Origin: Candidatus Kuenenia stuttgartensis
GTDB lineage: Bacteria; Planctomycetota; Brocadiia; Brocadiales; Brocadiaceae
Reading direction: 5' to 3'
Assembly (NCBI RefSeq): GCF_900232105.1
Contig: NZ_LT934425.1
Span: 1,950,001-1,982,000 of the forward strand
DNA: 32,000 nucleotides
Position numbers and translations under genes: made by a program
In this document: one piece after another, positions 1 through 8,821 of the stretch
Numbering within the stretch: position 1 is the stretch's first letter
How the letters are laid out: each line of letters starts with the position of its first letter
Notes under the pieces: generated by a model
Seen by the model: only the letters and a program-made list of their open reading frames with translations
Told to the model about the DNA's origin: nothing
Database searches by the model: none

Positions 1-267
1 AAAATTTATCATCAGCCTTTTCGCGTCCTCTGTCAGTACCGCGCCACCGCCGCCCTTTCCCCCCGTAGTAACTTTTAACAATTTAATCCCCAACACCTTT
101 TCAGTAGCCCTTATTTTCCCCCATGCCGCACGATATGACATCCCCATCTCCTTTGCCGCGGCGTTAAGAGAACCAAGCCTGTCTACCGCCTCAAGCAGCA
201 ATCTCCTGCCTTCGGCAAATGCAACGCCATCCCCGCATTCCAGCCATATTTTTATTTTTGCCTTCAT
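1..267 (-). CDS. ModE-like N-terminal winged-helix (LysR-type HTH) molybdate-type regulator, partial at window edge
   Basis: Own translation of the minus strand from CAT at 265-267: MKAKIKIWLECGDGVAFAEGRRLLLEAVDRLGSLNAAAKEMGMSYRAAWGKIRATEKVLGIKLLKVTTGGKGGGGAVLTEDAKRLMINF. It matches the ModE N-terminal pattern (G..LLeaI...GSl.aAAkemgmSYr.AW..i...e..lg..Lv....GG..GGga.LT). Open at base 1, so absent from the ORF track. Confidence 0.85.
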   Translation of the reverse strand, partial: MKAKIKIWLECGDGVAFAEGRRLLLEAVDRLGSLNAAAKEMGMSYRAAWGKIRATEKVLGIKLLKVTTGGKGGGGAVLTEDAKRLMINF

Positions 268-373
268 ACATTACCCCTTCGGCGGCTTTCACGTACATAT
301 CCTTTGCGCGATTAGGTTGCAAATCTGAACCCGGCGAGTACATCATTTCGTTAAAATGTGTACGTAAAAAAAT

Positions 374-453
374 GTCCTTGCGAGGAGTGGAGCGACAAAG
401 CAATCTCTTGTTCCCAAAAAACTTAAGATTGCTTCGCTGTCGTTTGCAATGAC
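374..453. repeat. Imperfect inverted-repeat element (GTCCTTGCGAGGAGTGGAGCGACAAAGCAATC ... GATTGCTTCGCTGTCGTTTGCAATGAC)
   Basis: Arms are imperfectly reverse-complementary. It resembles the GTCATTGCGAGGAGCGAAGCGACGAAGCAATC repeats seen between genes in many environmental bacterial genomes. Confidence 0.6.
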
Positions 454-758
454 GGTATCAATGTAGATATTTTAATGAAACGTTATACTAGTCGCACTAC
501 TTGAGTTAATCCCGCAAGATGTAAATTCCTGTATATAAAATCTGATTACGCATTATGCCATAATAGACATAGCGATATCAATGATAATTTGTTTTTAGTG
601 GGCATTGAGAATTGAATATTTTTCTTACTGCACAACATGCGTTGCACGGTTTTTAAAATAGATATTGCAGATACTCTGGCAAATACTATAATAATTTGAT
701 TATGCACGGATTTTCACCTGTAATTGCCATTGTTGACAATTTTTTCCCTTGCTAAACC

Positions 759-1502
759 ATGATAAAATTTCTGGAACCTGAATGGCACGACAAATTATCA
801 TCTACCAACACCGTCCTTCTGCGCTGGCTTAAAAATGAAAAAGATATTCCCACAGGATTTGTATTGGCTGCCCTTGAGCAAACAGCCGGTCATGGTCGAA
901 GCAATCATCATTGGCTTTCACAACCTGGAGAAGATCTCACCTTTTCCTTTCTTTTGTCTACCCGGCATGACCTTTCGGGGCTTGCTTCACTCTCCATGGC
1001 AATTTCACTGGGAATCGCTTCCGCCCTGGATACCTTTGGTTTCACGACACAAACGAAGTGGCCAAACGACCTTCTTGTGAGGGGTCGTAAAATCGGTGGA
1101 ATTCTTTCCGAGGAGAGTGGCGTGAAACGCCCGAACGGGCATGCTGCCATCGTTGTTGGCGTGGGAGTCAATGTGAATATGCAGGAGCCGCAGGTTTCTT
1201 CTATGAAAAAACCCGCAACTTCTCTTCGCATAGAGACCGGCAAAAAACATCTCATCAGGGATGTTCTCAATATTATTCTTGAAATGCTGCCTCAGTGGAT
1301 CGACCGTTGGGAAGCCGGCGGATTTCCAGCCATACGTAACGAATGGCTCGCGCGCTGCTGTTTCGTAGGAGAGCGTATAACCCTGGGAGAGGGAATGGAA
1401 CAAAGGTCGGGTATCTTGACGGGATTCGGGGAGAAAGGGCAAATCATCCTTCGCGGTGATGATGGTTTATTGTGTGATGTTTGGGCGGGAGAAGTAGAAT
1501 AA
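759..1502 (+). CDS. birA: Biotin--[acetyl-CoA-carboxylase] ligase (no N-terminal HTH)
   Basis: 247 aa with biotin ligase motifs TAGHGRSNHHWLS, TKWPNDLLVRGRKIGGILSE and GVGVNVN. Confidence 0.9.
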   Translation: MIKFLEPEWHDKLSSTNTVLLRWLKNEKDIPTGFVLAALEQTAGHGRSNHHWLSQPGEDLTFSFLLSTRHDLSGLASLSMAISLGIASALDTFGFTTQTKWPNDLLVRGRKIGGILSEESGVKRPNGHAAIVVGVGVNVNMQEPQVSSMKKPATSLRIETGKKHLIRDVLNIILEMLPQWIDRWEAGGFPAIRNEWLARCCFVGERITLGEGMEQRSGILTGFGEKGQIILRGDDGLLCDVWAGEVE

Positions 1503-1510
1503 CCCGCCTT

Positions 1511-3343
1511 TTAGTTTATAAACGCAAGCACCTGTCCGGTGACAATCTGGTCGCATTCTTTTACCTTTATATCTATTACTGTTCCCTCTGCAGGGCTTGA
1601 AACGTGTATTTCCATTTTCATTGCCTCAACAACTAAAATTGACTGCCCGGAATGAAGATAATCTCCGATCCTTGAGGTGAGCCGAATCACCTTCCCGGGC
1701 ATTTGCGCTTTTACCGCAAGGCCTTCTTCCTTAATTTTCTTTACGCCTACAGCCGTTACTGCCTCCGGTGTTTTGTGAATTTCTACCTGATAGATTTTAC
1801 CATTTACCTTTGCCTTGTTTCCTTCAATCGTAACCGAATACTCTTTTCCGTTCACCGTCAGCAGGTATTCCTGCGATCTGACTTGCCGGTTCTGTTCGTC
1901 ATTGGCAACGATTTGTCCTCCCTTTTTATCCACCAGGCGAATCCCCATCTCTGCTTTTCCCTTAAGGAATTTCAACCCCTTATCCGTGCATGTGGCAACG
2001 ATGAAAATATTCTCATCCGTCTCTGCAATGCCCTCCTGTTTAAGTATTTCCCGGACATGTCTAACACTCTTTTTTGGATCCTCATCGTTTATTTCAAGCG
2101 GAGAACGCACGGTTGGTTCCAGTTTAAGTTGTTCTGCCGCTATTTTCACAATTTCCGGATCTGGCGGCACGGGGGTTTTCCCGAAATAACCCAGTACCAT
2201 TTTGCCGTAGCCCGGAGCGATTTTCTGCCAGGGACCGAAAAGAACATTGTTAAATGCCTGTTGGAAGTAAAACTGGGAAACGGGTGTCACTGAGGTTCCA
2301 TATCCGCCCAATTTGACCACTTCGCTCATGGATTTGATCACCTCCGGATATTTATCCATAATGCCGTTATCGCGAAGCATTTGTGTATTTGCCGTAAGAG
2401 CGCCGCCGGGCATGGGACTCCATAAAATAAGCGGCTCTACAGATGTTGCCTCAGGGGGAAGAAAATAATCTTTCATACATTCCTTAAAAACCTCTTCCGC
2501 CTCGCGAACTTTGTCAATATTGACATCAAGATCATATCCGGTCCCACGCAGGGCATGCCACATGACCAAAATATCAGTCTGGCATGTACCACCGGAACAG
2601 GGCGACAGGGAAAGGTCGATAGCATCAGCGCCACCATCCAGGGCCGCCTTGTTGGCGCTCACGCCAATACCCGCGGTTTCGTGCGTATGAAAATGAATAA
2701 ACATATCTTCCGGAAGTATTTTTCGCGCCCGTTTTATGGTCTCATACACCTTTGACGGCACGGCTGTGCCGGAAGCATCCTTAAAACACAAGGAGTGAAA
2801 TGGTATTCCCTCGTCCAATATCTGACGCAGTATTCTAATATAAAAATCCGGGTCGTGCGCACCGGTGCATCCGGGCGGCAATTCCATCATTGTTATGCAT
2901 ATCTGGTGTTTCAGCCCCGCCTCAGCAATGCATTTACCGCTGAAAATAAGATTTCTCACATCATTGAGCGCATCGAAATTCCTGATTGTTGTAATACCGT
3001 GCTTTTTGAAAAGTTGGGCGTGCATCCGTATAATTTCACCAGATTGAGACTCCAGCCCCACGACATTGACGCCCCGGGACAGAGTCTGGAGATCTGCGCC
3101 ATGGCCGGCGGTTTCGCGGAACGTATCCATCATGGCAAACGCATCTTCATTGCAATAGAAATACAGAGATTGAAAACGTGCGCCTCCTCCTGCTTCAAAA
3201 TAGGAAATACCGGCGTCTCTTGCCGCCTCCAAAGCCGGAAGAAAATCCCTGGTAAGAACACGGGCGCCATACACGGATTGAAACCCGTCCCTGAATGCCG
3301 TACACATAAATTGAACTTTTTTCGTCATTTTGTATCTTTGCAA
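1511..3343 (-). CDS. oadA: Oxaloacetate decarboxylase alpha / pyruvate carboxylase subunit B-like carboxyltransferase with C-terminal biotinyl domain
   Basis: 610 aa with FRDG.QS N-terminus, metal-site HFHTHETAG and biotin attachment motif VEAMKMEIHV. The true start may be the internal Met MTKKVQF. Confidence 0.85.
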   Translation of the reverse strand: MQRYKMTKKVQFMCTAFRDGFQSVYGARVLTRDFLPALEAARDAGISYFEAGGGARFQSLYFYCNEDAFAMMDTFRETAGHGADLQTLSRGVNVVGLESQSGEIIRMHAQLFKKHGITTIRNFDALNDVRNLIFSGKCIAEAGLKHQICITMMELPPGCTGAHDPDFYIRILRQILDEGIPFHSLCFKDASGTAVPSKVYETIKRARKILPEDMFIHFHTHETAGIGVSANKAALDGGADAIDLSLSPCSGGTCQTDILVMWHALRGTGYDLDVNIDKVREAEEVFKECMKDYFLPPEATSVEPLILWSPMPGGALTANTQMLRDNGIMDKYPEVIKSMSEVVKLGGYGTSVTPVSQFYFQQAFNNVLFGPWQKIAPGYGKMVLGYFGKTPVPPDPEIVKIAAEQLKLEPTVRSPLEINDEDPKKSVRHVREILKQEGIAETDENIFIVATCTDKGLKFLKGKAEMGIRLVDKKGGQIVANDEQNRQVRSQEYLLTVNGKEYSVTIEGNKAKVNGKIYQVEIHKTPEAVTAVGVKKIKEEGLAVKAQMPGKVIRLTSRIGDYLHSGQSILVVEAMKMEIHVSSPAEGTVIDIKVKECDQIVTGQVLAFIN

Positions 3344-3353
3344 CAGAAAAATA

Positions 3354-4514
3354 TTATTTCACAAATATCGACCACAAGATACCGGCGGCAATCGCCGACC
3401 CAAGCACACCTGCAACATTTGGCGCCATTGCGTGCATAAGGAGGAAATTATGCGGGTCCTCCTTCTGCCCTACCATCTGCACCACGCGTGCTGAGTCAGG
3501 CACAGCGGATACGCCCGCTGCCCCAATGAGAGGGTTTATCTTATCCTTTAGAAAAAGATTCATGCATTTTGCAAAAACCACGCCGCCTGCCGTTGCTATA
3601 CCAAAAGAAATGGCGCCCAATGCAAAAACGAGAAGGGATTGCGATGTTAAAAAGGTTTGTGCCTGCGCGCTTGCGCCCACTGAAAATCCGAGAATAATCG
3701 TCACAGTATCGATCATGGCGTTGCGTGCAGTGTTCGCCAATCGCTCTGTTACACAACTTTCCTTCAAAAGGTTGCCAAGGCAAAGCATGCCAATAAGCAC
3801 TATTGAACCTGGCGCAATCAAAGCGGAAATCAGAAACACGGCAACGGGGAAAATAATTTTTTCCCTCTGTGATACATGCCGCGGTTCTTTCATACGAATG
3901 AGCCTCTCTTTTTTCGTGGTGAGCAATCTCATTATCGGAGGCTGAATAACCGGAACCAGTGCCATATAGGAATAGGCGGCAATCGCAATGGATCCCAACA
4001 AATGCGGCGCCAGCTTTGACGATAAAAATATTGCCGTAGGGCCATCCGCTCCGCCAATAATGCCAATAGCGCCCGACTCTGAGGGGCTAAACCCTAAATA
4101 GAGCGCGCCTATGAGGGTAAGAAAAATGCCTATCTGTGCCGCCGCCCCAAGCAACACAAGCTTTGGATTCGACAACATGGCGGAAAAATCAGTCATAGCA
4201 CCGATCCCAAGGAAAATAAGCGGCGGATATATTCCTTTGCTTACCCCAAGGTAAAGAAAACTCAGAACACTCCCTTCCTGATATACGTTGAGCGCCATGC
4301 TGTCTATGGAGGGAATATTTCCCACTATCGCCCCAAATCCTATCGGCAAAAGCAGTAATGGCTCATAATCTTTAATAATTGCCAGACTTACAAAAAAAAT
4401 CCCGACAATGATCATGAGGGCATTGCCCCACGTCATCATTGCAAATCCTGTTGTCTTAAGAAATTCGAAGAGAATCTCCATTAAGCCCTCCCAAAAAAAG
4501 ACCGGAGATAACAC
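3354..4514 (-). CDS. oadB: Na+-translocating decarboxylase beta subunit (integral membrane)
   Basis: 386 aa hydrophobic protein with GIIGGADGPTAIFLSSKLAP, typical of OadB/MmdB/GcdB. The likely start is the internal Met MEILFEF. Confidence 0.85.
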   Translation of the reverse strand: MLSPVFFWEGLMEILFEFLKTTGFAMMTWGNALMIIVGIFFVSLAIIKDYEPLLLLPIGFGAIVGNIPSIDSMALNVYQEGSVLSFLYLGVSKGIYPPLIFLGIGAMTDFSAMLSNPKLVLLGAAAQIGIFLTLIGALYLGFSPSESGAIGIIGGADGPTAIFLSSKLAPHLLGSIAIAAYSYMALVPVIQPPIMRLLTTKKERLIRMKEPRHVSQREKIIFPVAVFLISALIAPGSIVLIGMLCLGNLLKESCVTERLANTARNAMIDTVTIILGFSVGASAQAQTFLTSQSLLVFALGAISFGIATAGGVVFAKCMNLFLKDKINPLIGAAGVSAVPDSARVVQMVGQKEDPHNFLLMHAMAPNVAGVLGSAIAAGILWSIFVK

Positions 4515-4520
4515 ATTTTA

Positions 4521-4796
4521 CTAAAATGATTCTTTGCCAACCATACTGCCGCCCGCTTCACTATGCAGGGCAAAGCCGATTGCCGCAAGCGCCTCGTCTT
4601 CAGGCGCTGAGTAAAATGCCGGTATATGATGCGAAGTTTCTTCCGCAGGAAGTATGCTGGCAAATATTCTTAAAAAAATGGGAAGGAGATAAATAAAAAA
4701 ACTGGTTATCGCGAGTGCGGCAAACACAATCAGCATACCGCTGATTGTGATCATAATTCCTTGTCCGTTGACTATATTTTGAACCCCTGAATTCAT
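4521..4796 (-). CDS. oadG: OadG-like gamma subunit of the Na+ pump
   Basis: 91 aa with one N-terminal TM segment. It lies immediately upstream of oadB in the same operon, and the short tail contains AAIGFAL. Confidence 0.6.
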   Translation of the reverse strand: MNSGVQNIVNGQGIMITISGMLIVFAALAITSFFIYLLPIFLRIFASILPAEETSHHIPAFYSAPEDEALAAIGFALHSEAGGSMVGKESF

Positions 4797-5530
4797 AGTT
4801 GTTTTCCCCGTTCTTATTTTTAAGATATGTTATGGGTTGACTTTAAAATTTTAATATCCTATATTTTTTTTTAGTAAGATGCAATTATTTTTTAAGGTTT
4901 CCCTGTCAGTATCCGTCAAATCTTCTGTTACAAAGTTCCTTTTAACACTATGGTTGCTTTTATTCCTGGTTCTACTCACAAAAATCATATCGCTTATGAT
5001 ATTAATTGGTTACGCTTTCGATACGGGTATCTTTGGCGATACCTTTTTGGGGTTTAACAGATGATTTATCTATTTTCTGTTTAAAGTGGGATGTTTCGGT
5101 TTTAGTTTATGGTAAAGCATTATGTTGTTTTTACGTTTGGCGAATCGGAAAAATGGTAGAAATGTGTTATTCAGCAAGGTATAATTTTTTTGCTTATCGC
5201 CTGCATAACAAATTCATTTATATACTGTTACCTTTCATGATAAAATATTGCGTTTACGGGATATCCATAATTATTGTACTCTTTTCTTTAACGGGTCGTA
5301 GTTAACGTAATTGCATTGGAAGCTCTTGCTTCCCTTTCGCAAGAATTATTCGGGTCAAAATAGGCCTTTGAATATCCTGGATAACCCGGTTTCATTCTTT
5401 TTTCCATTCGAAGCCAGAGCTTGGGAACGAGGACGATAGTGTTACACGTTTAAAAATGTTTCCTTAGCAGGTATTCATGGGTAAAAGCCTTTTTATGTAA
5501 GTTTTTTACACACACTGGACAAGGGTTTTT

Positions 5531-7978
5531 ATGAAAAATGTACTTGGTGTTTTAGGGAAAAAGCTGCTTCTGTATTTTGTAAGCATATCCCTTATTCCCG
5601 CAACACTGTTGTGTTGCATTCACTATCTGCATAACAAAAAACTACTGGAGACAGAGTTATTTAATGAAATGTCGCTGGTGGGCGCATCTCTGTCGGAACA
5701 CATCAATGCCTTTTTAGTTTACGGCGAGAATTCGGCAAAACACTATGCCTCCGATGGTTTTATCAGAGAACATCTCGAAAGCATTAACGATGATACGGAA
5801 AATACTGTGGCTATCCAGGCGCTGAACAAATATCTGCAATACAAGACCAGCCTCGAACCAAGATTTCGTGAGACCTTTACGACAAATACAAAGGGCATAG
5901 CAGTGGCGTCCAGCAATGCGCAGCGTGTTGGTATGGATATGTCGCAAGACCTTTCTGCCTTAAAAACAAAAGGCGGGACGTTCGTAAAGGATGTTTATCC
6001 GTGCGACATTACAGGGGAATACTGTTTAACCTTTTGCTCTTCCGTTATAAATAAGGATACAAACGAATTTTTAGGCATGATCGGGATACGCATACTTGCC
6101 GCTGAACTGGAAAGTATCACTGTGGGCGCAAAACAAGAGGCATCTGCCTTATTACTTCCTGCGCATACGCCGACGATGTATAGTGAGGGAAAAACAAACA
6201 TAGTGACGGAAGAACCTTGTTTTAACGCGCAAGATGCTGATACTTCATATAAAAGAAATCATACGATAAGACCTCCTTTTGAATTAACCACACTGACACG
6301 CCGAGGCGAAACAAGCGAGGCATATCTTGTCAATAAACAAAGGCTAATGCTAACCTCCTCCCGGTTCATAGATAATGTCCTGTTGAGACAGGCGGTGGAC
6401 ACCTTGCCCGTCAATGTTTTAATAAGCGAAGGCAGGGAGATGGCAGGCATCTATAATGATTACATGGGAACGCCTGTCATCGGCGTTTCAAAATATATAA
6501 AACCCATGGGCTGGATATTGCTTGTGGAAGCGGATATCGCAGAGGCGTTTAAGCCTGTATACAGGGCAAGAAACTACTCTATCGTTATTATAGTGACCAG
6601 CGTGTTTGTTATTTCCGTCGTAGCATTTTTCATATCCGGCAGGATTGTCAATCCCTTAAAATCATTGATGACAGCAATGGGCAAGGTATCAAAAGGCGAT
6701 ATAGGGCATCACATACGCGTTACGTCAAAGGATGAGCTCGGAGAACTCGCGAAGGGATTTAATCGTATGACGACAGATTTGATAAAGGCGCGGGATGAAT
6801 TGCGAGATCTTTTTGATGCGGCTAACGATCCCATGGTCACATTGAAAGAGGGCAATATGGTCAACAATATGAATAGCAGGGTCTCTGAGTTATTTGGCTA
6901 CACGCAAAAAGATTTGCTCTCTAAGAAAATCGTCAGTATCATCAGAAAGGAAGATGTTCCCATAGTTGAAGAGTCACTTGATAACGCATGGCGGTTAAAA
7001 CCAGGAGAAAAATATCCTATGTTTGAGGTGGGCGTTATGAAAAAGGACGGGAATGTGCTGGTTTGCGAACTGGATTTAAACCGGACACAGTTTGGAATAC
7101 AACCCCATTTCAGGAACATAACAAAGAGAAAATTGCTGGAGCAAAGAATACTGGAAGAAAAACAAAAACTTGAAGCATCAAACACCCGCCTTCAATCCCT
7201 GCTGGCAGAACTGGAACGGACACAGATGCAGTTGCTGCAATCCGAAAAAATGGCTTCCCTTGGTCAATTGGCGGCAGGCATTGCCCATGAAATAAACAAT
7301 CCGGTCGGCTATATCTCCAGCAATCTGGAATGGATGCATAATAAATTTGCCGTCATCAAGGCGATGCTGGAGGAGTTGAAGATAGAATCAAAGCCACAAA
7401 GCCGCCCATGGGATAATAGGAAAAACATTGCCTCTCACATGGAGAAAAGCATAAACGAATCCATGGAGGGTACAAGGAGGATTCAGAGCATTGTTAACTC
7501 ACTCCGTATTTTCTCTCACAGGTCAGAAGATAAACCGGAACCGGCTGATATTAATGCGGAGATAGAAAGCGCCCTGAATATCATCCGGAACGAGATTAAG
7601 TACAAAGCCACATTGATTAAGTCTTACGGAAATATCCCCCCGATACCTTGCAACCGGCGCCAATTAGGGCAGGTCTTTATGAATATCATCCTGAATGCGG
7701 CACAGGCTTTGAAGGAAATGGGGGAGATAAGAATAGCAACGTATAGAAAAGACTATTTTATCTTTATTGTGATTAGCGATAACGGCCCTGGCATACCGGA
7801 GCAAGATCTTCCAAAAATATTTGAACCCTTTTTTACCACCAAAGAACCAGGCATGGGAACGGGACTGGGGCTTTCCATTGCTTACAACATAATAGCGAGC
7901 CACAATGGCACAATAGAGGTTGACAGCAAAGTAAATACAGGAACAACATTTACGATAAAGCTGCCTGTTACCATATAA
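5531..7978 (+). CDS. Sensor histidine kinase: periplasmic PDC/Cache-like sensor, HAMP, PAS, HisKA, HATPase_c
   Basis: 815 aa with two TM segments, HAMP (RIVNPLKSLMTAMGKVSKGDIGHHIRV), H-box AAGIAHEINNPVGYISSNLEW, N-box and G-boxes (VISDNGPGIPEQDLPKIFEPFFTTKEPGMGTGLGLSIAYNI). Confidence 0.92.
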   Translation: MKNVLGVLGKKLLLYFVSISLIPATLLCCIHYLHNKKLLETELFNEMSLVGASLSEHINAFLVYGENSAKHYASDGFIREHLESINDDTENTVAIQALNKYLQYKTSLEPRFRETFTTNTKGIAVASSNAQRVGMDMSQDLSALKTKGGTFVKDVYPCDITGEYCLTFCSSVINKDTNEFLGMIGIRILAAELESITVGAKQEASALLLPAHTPTMYSEGKTNIVTEEPCFNAQDADTSYKRNHTIRPPFELTTLTRRGETSEAYLVNKQRLMLTSSRFIDNVLLRQAVDTLPVNVLISEGREMAGIYNDYMGTPVIGVSKYIKPMGWILLVEADIAEAFKPVYRARNYSIVIIVTSVFVISVVAFFISGRIVNPLKSLMTAMGKVSKGDIGHHIRVTSKDELGELAKGFNRMTTDLIKARDELRDLFDAANDPMVTLKEGNMVNNMNSRVSELFGYTQKDLLSKKIVSIIRKEDVPIVEESLDNAWRLKPGEKYPMFEVGVMKKDGNVLVCELDLNRTQFGIQPHFRNITKRKLLEQRILEEKQKLEASNTRLQSLLAELERTQMQLLQSEKMASLGQLAAGIAHEINNPVGYISSNLEWMHNKFAVIKAMLEELKIESKPQSRPWDNRKNIASHMEKSINESMEGTRRIQSIVNSLRIFSHRSEDKPEPADINAEIESALNIIRNEIKYKATLIKSYGNIPPIPCNRRQLGQVFMNIILNAAQALKEMGEIRIATYRKDYFIFIVISDNGPGIPEQDLPKIFEPFFTTKEPGMGTGLGLSIAYNIIASHNGTIEVDSKVNTGTTFTIKLPVTI

Positions 7979-8034
7979 TACAGTCGGCAGTCTGCAATCT
8001 ACAGTCGGCAAATTGCAGACTGCGGATTGTAAAA
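7979..8034 (+). repeat. Low-complexity CAGTCGGCAGTCTGCAATCTACAGTCGG.../GACTGCGGATTGTAAAA intergenic repeat, copy 1
   Basis: A similar unit occurs at 30001-30121. Both end in ACTG(C/T)GGATTGTAAAA shortly upstream of a gene. Confidence 0.6.
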
Positions 8035-8054
8035 TTTTTTTCTGAGGGACGCAA

Positions 8055-8489
8055 ATGAAGCAAAAGACAATACTTATTGTTGATGATGAAAAAAACATCC
8101 TTGCGACATTAAAAAGAATCCTGGAAGAAGAGAAGGAAGGTTACAGGGTATTTTTCGCAGATAGCGGAATAAAGGGACTGGAAATTCTTAAGTGTGAAAA
8201 TATACATCTGATAATCACCAATTACAGGATGCCAGGCATGGACGGCTTACAGGTTCTGAAAAGGGCTACGATGCTTTCGCCGGATGCGGTTAAGTTTATG
8301 TTAACCGGATATGCTGACCTGGATGTTGTTATGAAAGCAAAAAACGAGGGTGGTGTATACCGGTTCTTCACAAAACCATGGAGCAATAACGAAATATTAG
8401 GTGCCGTAAAACAGGCTTTTTGTAATTTTGACACATGCAATAACCTGGAATTTGGTACGGACAATAACCTGGCATTTGGTACGGAATAA
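8055..8489 (+). CDS. Receiver-domain protein with Asn at the expected phospho-acceptor position
   Basis: 144 aa: [12 protein letters not shown] ... LIITN56YRMPGMDG ... FMLTGYAD ... FTKPW. The adjacent paralogue has [10 protein letters not shown]. Confidence 0.88.
   Translation: MKQKTILIVDDEKNILATLKRILEEEKEGYRVFFADSGIKGLEILKCENIHLIITNYRMPGMDGLQVLKRATMLSPDAVKFMLTGYADLDVVMKAKNEGGVYRFFTKPWSNNEILGAVKQAFCNFDTCNNLEFGTDNNLAFGTE
8439..8486 (+). repeat. 24-bp in-frame tandem duplication, two units, at the 3' end of the receiver gene
   Basis: AATAACCTGG(A/C)ATTTGGTACGGA(C/A) occurs twice, encoding NNLEFGTD then NNLAFGTE. Confidence 0.8.
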
Positions 8490-8491
8490 AA

Positions 8492-8749
8492 GTAACTATT
8501 CAGCGTAAACGATACACGGCTCGTTCCCAAACTCCAGTTTGGGAATGCATTTGTTCGAGAAACTCCGGTTTCTCGCCTGTTTGCTGATAGATAGGGAATA
8601 AAATCACAGGGTTAAGACAGTTTGTAATTTGTCAAGTCTGACACGCACTGGAAACAAAGTTTCCAGTGCAATTGTGTTCCCAAACTGTGGTTTGGTAACG
8701 AGTTGCGCTCTGATCTCCGGTAGTTTAATAAATTACGCTGAATAGTTAC
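8492..8749. mobile_element. MITE-like element family A, copy 1, with terminal inverted repeats and internal hairpins
   Basis: Ends GTAACTATTCAGCGTAA...TTACGCTGAATAGTTAC. Flanked by direct repeats GAATAAAA (8484-8491 and 8750-8757). Internal palindromes at 8524-8545, 8556-8575 and 8643-8667. No coding capacity. Confidence 0.8.
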
Positions 8750-8821
8750 GAATAAAAAATGAAAGAGTCCTGCTCTTTATTTACAAGTCTGAATGAAAAC
8801 GCCATTCCCGTGTAAGGAGGA

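Noticed and set aside
1703-2293. Plus-strand 196-aa and nearby 214-aa (2795-3439) ORFs opposite oadA
   Set aside because: Shadow ORFs on the opposite strand of a conserved carboxyltransferase.
4879-5305. Two small plus-strand ORFs (61 and 99 aa) upstream of the histidine kinase
   Set aside because: Hydrophobic AT-rich translations with no recognisable motif, and they overlap each other. Not supportable as genes.
8222-8530. 102-aa minus-strand ORF starting MGTSRVSFTLNSY
   Set aside because: Antisense to the receiver gene and begins in the family A element. The peptide similarity to 28547 ORF is due to the shared repeat.
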